The notes beneath the pieces were generated by a model. The model saw nothing but the letters and a program-made list of their open reading frames with translations. It was not told the origin of the DNA and made no database searches. A stretch of 64,000 bases of DNA. It comes from Bryobacteraceae bacterium. Lineage in GTDB: Bacteria; Acidobacteriota; Terriglobia; Bryobacterales; Bryobacteraceae. This document shows positions 57,782 through 64,000 of this stretch, piece by piece (the stretch's first letter is position 1; each line of letters begins with the position of its first letter). The translations under genes were made by a program, and so were the position numbers. The stretch covers positions 18,353 to 82,352 of the forward strand of contig DASZVV010000251.1 of NCBI GenBank assembly GCA_035546955.1. Direction: 5' to 3'.

Positions 57782-59386
57782 GTGTTGTACACTTCCACTG
57801 TGCGAACTCGGGTGTGCGGTGGTTTCTTTTTCGCGTTCCTGGCGGCCGTTTCGTTACCCGGCCAACAAAGCGTGCTGACCAATCGTTACGACAACCTTGG
57901 TACCGGTGCGAACCTCCAGGAGCGCGTCCTCAACGTCTCAAACGTAAATCCCACGCGGTTTGGCAAGCTGTTCCATTATTCGGTGAGCGGTTCCGTGTTC
58001 GCGCAACCGCTCTATTTGCCGCGCGTAAACATTGCTGGCCGGGGCGTTCACAACGTGATCTACATTGCCACCATGGACGACCGGGTCTATGCCTTCGATG
58101 CGGATGGTCCCGGCGATCCACTCTGGCAGCGCGACCTGACCAACGCGGCCAGGGGAATCACGCCCATGCCGGTTGCCGACGTCACTGGAAACAATAACCT
58201 CAATATTGTCGGGAACGTCGGGATTCTTTCCACTCCGGTGATCGATTCCGCCACCGGCACGCTGTATCTTGTCGCCCGCACCAAGGAACGAGAGGGCTAT
58301 TTCCAAAAGCTCTACGCGCTCGACGTCCACACGGGGAAGGATCGAATGCCGCCTGCTCTCATCCGCGCCCGTATTGCGAGCATGGCAAACGATGCCGTGG
58401 ACGGCTACCTGTATTTCAACTCCAAAACAAATAATCAGCGCCCGGCGCTCACTCTGGCCAACGGTCAGATTTTCATTGCGTGGGCTTCCCACGAAGACAT
58501 CCTTCCCTATCACGGGTGGATTATGGCCTACGACGCGAAGACGCTCAGGCAAACCGCCGCCCTTTGCATCACGCCGGCTGGCTCGGAAGGCGGCGTCTGG
58601 CAATCGGGGCGCGGGGCGGTGGTCGATCGGGAAGGGAATGTCTACTACGAGACCGGCAACGGAAGCTGGAATGGAACCACCGATTTCGGCGAAACGCTGC
58701 TGCGGTTGCGGGTTCGCGGCGGCAAACTTGAAATCTCGGACTATTTCACGCCCGCCAACTACTCCGCACTGAATGACCGTGACGCGGATTTCGGATCTAC
58801 CGGTCCCATGCTGATCCCCGGGACAAATCTCATCGTTTGTGGCGATAAAGACGGAGTGATCACCCTGCTCGACACCAGGAAGCTGGGGAAATTGAGCGGG
58901 AATTCGAACCAACCGCTGCAAGCGCTCCCCTTGAACGGCGGTCTGGTGATGAATGGACCCGCCTGGTGGGCCGGACCACACGGGCCGTCCCTCTATATCT
59001 GGAATCAGGCGGACGTGCTCAAGGTCTTTCACTTTAACGGGTCCGTGTTTGACGCGCAACCCGCCGCGAAGGGCAAGGTTGCCTCGCACGGTTCGCCGGG
59101 CGGTGCACTCACGATCTCGGCGGATGGGGCAGAGGCCGGCACCGGGATCGTTTGGGCCATGCTGACCGTGGACAAGAGCGCCGATCATGGTTCCGTTCCG
59201 GGTGTGCTTCGCGCATTTAATGCGGAGACGCTCGAAGAGTTATGGAACAGCGATGAAAATCCGGGACGCGACCGCCTGGGCACTCTCGTGAAGTTTGTGC
59301 CCCCCGTGGTGGTTGACGGAAAGGTTTTCGCAGTTACTTACGACAATGCGGTGAACGTTTACGGCTTGCTTCCGGCCGGCCACTGA
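57782..59386 (+). CDS. PQQ-like beta-propeller repeat protein, secreted
   Basis: Repeated V-Y-x-A-T-x-D-x-x-V-Y-A-F-D type blades (VIYIATMDDRVYAFDADG, GTLYLVART) and a signal peptide. Confidence 0.8.
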   Translation: MLYTSTVRTRVCGGFFFAFLAAVSLPGQQSVLTNRYDNLGTGANLQERVLNVSNVNPTRFGKLFHYSVSGSVFAQPLYLPRVNIAGRGVHNVIYIATMDDRVYAFDADGPGDPLWQRDLTNAARGITPMPVADVTGNNNLNIVGNVGILSTPVIDSATGTLYLVARTKEREGYFQKLYALDVHTGKDRMPPALIRARIASMANDAVDGYLYFNSKTNNQRPALTLANGQIFIAWASHEDILPYHGWIMAYDAKTLRQTAALCITPAGSEGGVWQSGRGAVVDREGNVYYETGNGSWNGTTDFGETLLRLRVRGGKLEISDYFTPANYSALNDRDADFGSTGPMLIPGTNLIVCGDKDGVITLLDTRKLGKLSGNSNQPLQALPLNGGLVMNGPAWWAGPHGPSLYIWNQADVLKVFHFNGSVFDAQPAAKGKVASHGSPGGALTISADGAEAGTGIVWAMLTVDKSADHGSVPGVLRAFNAETLEELWNSDENPGRDRLGTLVKFVPPVVVDGKVFAVTYDNAVNVYGLLPAGH

Positions 59387-59393
59387 GCGGACG

Positions 59394-59924
59394 ATGGGCC
59401 AGAATCCTGTTTGGTTTGAGCGCAAATTCGACTTCACATTTCCGGTGGAGCAATATCCGGGTCTCTGCGTCCGCTTGTCGGGAACGCCAGGGCGGCTGGA
59501 AGAAACTTTGCGCGGCATATCGTGCGATGTGCTGGTTGCGAAACCGGAAGGGAAATGGTCCCCGCAGGAACACGCTGGACATCTGCTGGACCTGGAAGGG
59601 CTTTGGATGGCGCGGGTGGAAGATTTTCTCGCTGGCGGACAAACCCTCACGGTGGCCGACCTCGGCAATCGCAAGACGCATGAGGCCAATCACAACGCCC
59701 GGGACCTGCGAGAGATTCTGGCTGAGTTCCGGGCCGCGCGGAGCCGGCTGGTCGATCGGCTGGAGAGCTTCGAACCCGCCGTCTTTGGCCGCTCCATGCT
59801 GCATCCGCGTCTGAAGCAGTCCATGCGCCTGGTGGATCATTTGTACTTCGCCGCGGAGCATGACGACCACCATCTGGAGAGGATCAGGGAGATGTGCCTT
59901 CCGGGAGACAGGGAAACCCGGTGA
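59394..59924 (+). CDS. DinB-family (four-helix bundle, His-triad) protein
   Basis: QEHAGHLLDLE and FAAEHDDHHLERI His-rich motifs. Confidence 0.85.
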   Translation: MGQNPVWFERKFDFTFPVEQYPGLCVRLSGTPGRLEETLRGISCDVLVAKPEGKWSPQEHAGHLLDLEGLWMARVEDFLAGGQTLTVADLGNRKTHEANHNARDLREILAEFRAARSRLVDRLESFEPAVFGRSMLHPRLKQSMRLVDHLYFAAEHDDHHLERIREMCLPGDRETR

Positions 59925-59971
59925 GTGTTCGCTGGTTTTGGGAATAAACTGGAAGTAGCGAGAGGGGCATC

Positions 59972-60502
59972 ATGACCAGACGCAACTTGATTCTCTTTGC
60001 CGCCGGCGGCGTTTCCGCCCTGGCTGGCTCAAAGCAACGCCGGCATACCGTCAAAATCGCGGAATTTGATGCTTTGGGGCAAAAAACGGGCGATGTCGAG
60101 GTGGAGAAGATTGTAAAGACGGACTCGGAATGGAAGCAGCAGCTCTCCAAACAGCAATTCGAAGTCACCCGGCGTGAAGGCACTGAGCGGGCCTTCACCG
60201 GCAAATATGCCGAGACGCATGACGATGGACTGTATCTTTGCGTCTGCTGCGGGACCACGCTCTTCGATTCGAAAACCAAGTTTGAATCCGGGACCGGGTG
60301 GCCAAGTTTCTGGCAGCCGATTGCGCCGGAGAATATTGTCAAGGCGGTCGATACGAGCTTCGGTTCGATACGGACGAAGGTGTCGTGCGCCCGCTGCGAT
60401 GCGCACCTGGGGCATGTTTTTGACGACGGACCGCCGCCCACTCACCTGCGCTACTGCATGAATTCCGCTTCACTCAACTTCAAGCCGCGCGGCCACAGCT
60501 AA
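59972..60502 (+). CDS. msrB: Peptide-methionine (R)-S-oxide reductase with Tat-type signal
   Basis: CVCCGTTLF and CARCDAHLGHVF zinc CxxC pairs, GTGWPSFW, and RYCMNSASL (catalytic Cys). N-terminal TRRNLILFAAGGVSALAGS. Confidence 0.92.
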   Translation: MTRRNLILFAAGGVSALAGSKQRRHTVKIAEFDALGQKTGDVEVEKIVKTDSEWKQQLSKQQFEVTRREGTERAFTGKYAETHDDGLYLCVCCGTTLFDSKTKFESGTGWPSFWQPIAPENIVKAVDTSFGSIRTKVSCARCDAHLGHVFDDGPPPTHLRYCMNSASLNFKPRGHS

Positions 60503-60518
60503 GCCGGATGGAGATGCG

Positions 60519-61622
60519 ATGCCGCTGCTCCCTCCTGCTATCGAATCGCTGCGCCCTTATGAAGCAGGGCGGAGCGCGGAGGAAGTGCGGAGCGCCTATG
60601 GCCTTTCGAGTGTCGTAAAGCTTGCATCGAACGAGAATCCGCTAGGCCCTTCTCCGCGCGCGCTCGAGAAGATGGCGGAGGCGGCTGGTAGCCTGCACTT
60701 GTATCCGAACGGCGGGCTCGACCTGCGGCGCGTGCTGGCGCACAACTTCGATGTCAAGGTTGAGAACGTAATTGCCGGAAGCGGTTCGGAAGGCATCATT
60801 TCGAATATCATCCGAACCTTTCTCTGCGATGACGACGAAGTGCTGACCACCGAGGCCGCTTTTATCGGATTTCAAGTGCTGGCGAAATCGCGCGGGGTCG
60901 CATACCGGACGGTTCCCTACCGCGCGTGGCGCTACGACCTTCCCGCGTTTGCCGCCGCCATTACGAAGCGCACAAAGATCATCTATCTGGCGAATCCCAA
61001 TAATCCGACGGGCACGATTTTCACCCGCCAGGAGTTCGACGAATTCTACCGGCACGTGCCCGAGCGTGTGCTGGTTCTGCTCGACGAAGCCTACTTCGAA
61101 TACGCCAAGGATAACCCGCGGTATCCCGATTCGATGCACTACCGGTACGACAATGTGATCACCCTCCGGACCTTTTCCAAGGTTTACGGACTCGCCGGCG
61201 CCCGGATCGGATATGGATTCGCGCATGAAGAGCTCATCCGGAACCTGCTCAAGGTGAAGCTTCCATTCGAGCCGGGGACGCTGGGGCAGGCGGCTGGAAT
61301 CGGCGCTCTGGCCGATAAGGAATTCCTTCACCGGTCGCTCGAACTGAATGCTCGCGGAATGAAATTCCTTTCCAGCGCGATGGCTGAGATGGGATTTCGC
61401 GTGACGCCTTCGGAAGCCAATTTTCTGATGGTGGAGTTGGCCGATGCCGCGCAGGCTTCGAAGCTGGTGGAAGATCTGCTGCGGCAGGGCGTAATCGTCC
61501 GCCCCCTGGGGGCGTTCGGGTTGCCGCAATGTGTCCGCATTTCAATCGGAACGGACCAGGATAACCAGCGCGCCGTGGATGCGCTATCGAGTGTTGCACC
61601 GCTGCAGCGAGTACAGGAGTGA
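60519..61622 (+). CDS. hisC: Histidinol-phosphate / aromatic aminotransferase (class II PLP aminotransferase)
   Basis: KLASNENPLGPSP, YLANPNNPTG and RTFSKVYGLAGARIGY (PLP Lys). Confidence 0.88.
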   Translation: MPLLPPAIESLRPYEAGRSAEEVRSAYGLSSVVKLASNENPLGPSPRALEKMAEAAGSLHLYPNGGLDLRRVLAHNFDVKVENVIAGSGSEGIISNIIRTFLCDDDEVLTTEAAFIGFQVLAKSRGVAYRTVPYRAWRYDLPAFAAAITKRTKIIYLANPNNPTGTIFTRQEFDEFYRHVPERVLVLLDEAYFEYAKDNPRYPDSMHYRYDNVITLRTFSKVYGLAGARIGYGFAHEELIRNLLKVKLPFEPGTLGQAAGIGALADKEFLHRSLELNARGMKFLSSAMAEMGFRVTPSEANFLMVELADAAQASKLVEDLLRQGVIVRPLGAFGLPQCVRISIGTDQDNQRAVDALSSVAPLQRVQE

Positions 61623-61624
61623 AA

Positions 61625-62755
61625 ATGCCTCAAGCCTTGGAAACATCAGGTTCAACAGGAACCACGGCCGACTTCCTTCCGCTGAATGGAACCGATCATG
61701 TCGAGTTCTACGTAGGAAATGCCCGCCAGTCTGCCTACTACTACCGCAGCGCTTTCGGAATGAGGTTGACGGCTTACCGGGGGCCGGAAACGGGCACGCG
61801 TGACCGGGTTTCCTACGTCCTGGAGCAAGGCAAGATCCGCTTTGTTCTGACTACTCCGCTGCGGGCCGGCACTCCGGCCGCGGCCCATATTCAAAAGCAC
61901 GGCGACGGCGTGAAGGCAATCGCGCTGGAAGTGGACGACGCGGAGGCGGCTTGGCGGGAGACGACGAAGCGCGGGGCCCAATCCGTCCAGGAGCCCGCGG
62001 TCGACCGCGATGAGCACGGGGAGGTGCGCACTTCGTCGATTGCCGTCTACGGAGATACCATTCACACCTTTGTTGAGCGGAAGGCCTATCACGGCACATT
62101 TTTTCCCGGCTACGTGGCAACGCCAAACGACGGGCTGGCCCGTCCGGCCGGGCTTTTGCACATCGACCACATGGTGGGCAATGTCGGCTGGGGCGAGATG
62201 AACCGCTGGGTGGATTTTTATCGGACCGTGATGGGCTTTTCCCTCTATCAACATTTCGACGACAACGACATTAGCACCGAGTATTCGGCTCTGATGTCGA
62301 AGGTGATGGCCAACGGAAATGGGAGAGTGAAGTTCCCCATCAACGAGCCGGCGGAGGGGCGGAAGAAATCGCAGATTGAGGAATATCTCGATTATTACGA
62401 CGGTCCCGGAGTTCAGCACGTCGCCCTCGCCACCGGCGACATTGTCGCAACCGTATCGAAGCTTCTGGAACAGGGTGTGGAGTTTCTCAGGGTGCCGCAC
62501 ACTTACTACGAGGACTTGGAGGCGCGCATCGGCAAAATTGACGAACCGGTGGAGCGTCTGGCGCAGCTTGGCGTCCTGGTGGACCGGGACGAGGAGGGCT
62601 ACATGCTGCAGATCTTCACCCGGCCGGTAGAGGACCGTCCGACGTTGTTCTACGAGATCATTCAACGGAAAGGTAGCCGGAGCTTCGGTAAGGGCAATTT
62701 CAAGGCATTGTTCGAAGCGATAGAGCGCGAGCAGGCTCTGCGGGGCAATCTATAG
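61625..62755 (+). CDS. hppD: 4-hydroxyphenylpyruvate dioxygenase
   Basis: IDHMVGNV, GVQHVAL, and LLQIFTRPVEDRPTLFYEIIQRKGSRSFGKGNFKALFEAIEREQALRGNL. I prefer the ATG at 61625 (AGGAG 5 nt upstream) over GTG 61619. Confidence 0.93.
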   Translation: MPQALETSGSTGTTADFLPLNGTDHVEFYVGNARQSAYYYRSAFGMRLTAYRGPETGTRDRVSYVLEQGKIRFVLTTPLRAGTPAAAHIQKHGDGVKAIALEVDDAEAAWRETTKRGAQSVQEPAVDRDEHGEVRTSSIAVYGDTIHTFVERKAYHGTFFPGYVATPNDGLARPAGLLHIDHMVGNVGWGEMNRWVDFYRTVMGFSLYQHFDDNDISTEYSALMSKVMANGNGRVKFPINEPAEGRKKSQIEEYLDYYDGPGVQHVALATGDIVATVSKLLEQGVEFLRVPHTYYEDLEARIGKIDEPVERLAQLGVLVDRDEEGYMLQIFTRPVEDRPTLFYEIIQRKGSRSFGKGNFKALFEAIEREQALRGNL

Positions 62756-62808
62756 CGAAAATGACACGGTTTGCCCTGTTCAGCGCAGTATACTGAAGGA
62801 CCGGTGCC

Positions 62809-64000
62809 ATGATTCAGCTTCCCAAAGTCGCGCTGCCGCCCCTCACCGCGGAATGTGAAACGCTGGTGACCAAGCCGCCCGCTCCCCCGGAGGTAACTGA
62901 GGCGCTGGCGAAGAGCAAAGAGGCTCTGGCGAAACTGGAGAAGATACCGGAGATGGCGCCAGAGGCGAAACCCCCGGCCGCGCCCGCTCCAACCGCCTCG
63001 CCGACTCCTCCCGCGGGCTCGCCGCCGCAGCCGCAGAGCATACCCGGCAAGCTGTTCCGCGCGAGCGATGGAAAGATGCGCAGAGATAGCGGGAACCTCA
63101 CGGTGATTACCGACCCGCACGCGCAGGAGGTGATTTCCATCGATCATCTTAAGAAAGAATACCGGCGGATTCCGATGGCGGAGTTGCAGCCGCCGGAAGT
63201 TCCGAAGGCACCGGGCGGGACAGCGCCCGCTCCGAAGATGGACATCGTGGACCTCGGCTCGAAAACAATCCAGGGGATGGATGTCGTGGGAAAACAGATT
63301 ACGTTTCATCCACCGGAGATCCCCCACCTGACGGCCCCCGAACTGCCAAAGGCTCCGCAGACTCAGGGTCCCGCGCTGCCGAAAATTCCGAAGTTGGAGC
63401 TCCCTCAGCTTCCGCAATTGAAGCTGCCGCCGCTGCCGAAGGCTCCGTTTGTTCCGACGGCGATTCTGCCTCAACCGCCGGCTCCTCTCAAGCCGCCGGA
63501 CGTCCAAATGCCACAGGCCCCCAAGCCGCCGGAGCTGCCGCAGGCGAAAATGCCGGATATGCCCGCCGCCCCCAAAATGCCGGACGCCCCGCAAGCGCAA
63601 ATTCCCAAGATCCCGGAACCTGGCAAGCTGGACCTGTCGAAGCTAAAGCTGCCGAAACTGCCGAAGCCGCCAGTGGTTCCCACCGAGATCATCCCGCAGA
63701 GCGCTGCCGGAGCGGCCGCGCCGCAGGCGCCACCGGCCCCGCAGGCGCAGGCTCCCCAGGTTCCGAAGCCGGAGATGGCGGAGTTAAAGCCTCCCGCGCT
63801 GCCGGAATTAAAAATTCCGGGCGTGAAAGCGCCCGAGCTAAAAGCGCCCGATGTGAAGATTCCCGGCCTTAAGCCGCCGGAGGTGAAAGCGCCCGATATC
63901 AAAGCTCCGGATGTAAAGGCTCCGGAACTAAAGGCTCCCGAAGTGAAAGTTCCCGGCGTCAAGGCCCCGGATGTCAAGCCTCCCGACGTAAAAGCCCCGG
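62809..64000 (+). CDS. Proline/lysine-rich repeat protein, 3' end beyond window (not in supplied ORF track)
   Basis: The ATG at 62809 has GAAGGA 9 nt upstream. The frame is open for 397 codons to the window edge and does not overlap hppD. The composition is P/K/A/E-rich, ending in xKxP(D/E/G) pentapeptide repeats. The two minus-strand track ORFs here are antisense shadows. Confidence 0.7.
   Translation, partial: MIQLPKVALPPLTAECETLVTKPPAPPEVTEALAKSKEALAKLEKIPEMAPEAKPPAAPAPTASPTPPAGSPPQPQSIPGKLFRASDGKMRRDSGNLTVITDPHAQEVISIDHLKKEYRRIPMAELQPPEVPKAPGGTAPAPKMDIVDLGSKTIQGMDVVGKQITFHPPEIPHLTAPELPKAPQTQGPALPKIPKLELPQLPQLKLPPLPKAPFVPTAILPQPPAPLKPPDVQMPQAPKPPELPQAKMPDMPAAPKMPDAPQAQIPKIPEPGKLDLSKLKLPKLPKPPVVPTEIIPQSAAGAAAPQAPPAPQAQAPQVPKPEMAELKPPALPELKIPGVKAPELKAPDVKIPGLKPPEVKAPDIKAPDVKAPELKAPEVKVPGVKAPDVKPPDVKAP
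63808..64000 (+). repeat. Tandem 15-nt (pentapeptide) coding repeat, at least 12 units and continuing off the window
   Basis: LKIPG VKAPE LKAPD VKIPG LKPPE VKAPD IKAPD VKAPE LKAPE VKVPG VKAPD VKPPD VKAP..., read directly from the sequence in the frame of the ATG at 62809. Confidence 0.85.

Noticed and set aside
62662-63977. Two minus-strand track ORFs: 62662-63600 (Arg-rich) and 63471-63977 (GAFTSG-type Gly/Ser/Thr repeats).
   Set aside because: They are the antisense reading of the plus-strand Pro/Lys-rich ORF. The first overlaps the hppD 3' end and the pair is discontinuous. The plus frame is uninterrupted from an ATG with a Shine-Dalgarno sequence and fits the intergenic spacing. The strand call is still only about 0.7 confident.
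63808-64000. Regular 15-nt tandem repeats considered as a possible CRISPR array or non-coding satellite.
   Set aside because: There are no spacers and the unit is far too short for CRISPR. The repeats are in frame with the upstream ORF and encode a conserved pentapeptide.
1-64000. Searched for mobile elements, defence-system hallmarks (nucleases, helicases, methylase-restriction pairs), toxin-antitoxin pairs, integrases and sharp compositional islands.
   Set aside because: None was recognised. The gene content is metabolic or housekeeping, and the only clearly AT-richer stretch is the smc/aroF regulatory region. The two SAM methyltransferases lack DNA-methylase motifs or nuclease partners.

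Overview
GC-rich, densely coding window that looks like core chromosome rather than an accessory island. About 50 protein-coding genes are supported. I found no rRNA, tRNA, CRISPR array, transposase, integrase or prophage signature. Two duplicated orphan MacB/FtsX-type permeases without an adjacent ATPase gene, one paired with a PadR regulator, suggest an Acidobacteriota-like genome (inference only). In order, the window contains gltB (5'-truncated) and gltD, a nitrilase-superfamily hydrolase, a polyol dehydrogenase with a rhamnulokinase-like FGGY kinase, and a PPi-type phosphofructokinase. Next comes a tightly spaced TIGR00300-family/queF/methyltransferase trio (first junction overlapping), then a GH3 glycosidase, PadR with a permease, and DUF58 with a Tat-exported hydrolase. 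These are followed by a Spy/CpxP-like protein, a cupin, the second permease, a CxxCH plus copper-monooxygenase-like protein, DUF2905, a xylose-isomerase-like protein, a YkgJ Cys-cluster protein and an M1 aminopeptidase. After a polytopic membrane protein and smc comes the largest intergenic region, followed by a type I-beta DAHP synthase, a hypothetical protein and a PfkB kinase. The rest comprises DoxX, a beta-lactamase-family hydrolase, an M28 peptidase, a sugar isomerase/epimerase, a methyltransferase, a TolC-MFP-RND efflux operon divergent from an OmpR/HK pair, and an amidase. It ends with holB, an Hfq-like Sm protein, a TPR protein, an M49-like peptidase, a PQQ-like propeller, DinB, msrB, hisC and hppD. 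A final proline/lysine-rich repeat ORF runs off the 3' edge and is absent from the supplied ORF track. I did not find a convincing multi-gene novel system such as a defence island. The strongest candidate is an unannotated 17-codon aromatic-rich leader peptide with a promoter, possible antiterminator and a clear intrinsic terminator directly upstream of the DAHP synthase gene, which would be ribosome-mediated attenuation. Secondary candidates are the edge-truncated pentapeptide-repeat protein, the heme-motif/copper-monooxygenase fusion, the TIGR00300-queF-methyltransferase operon, a CpxR-consensus box upstream of the Spy/CpxP homologue, and recurrent leaderless-type promoter geometry. All functional calls rest on motif recognition by eye. 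No database search was run.
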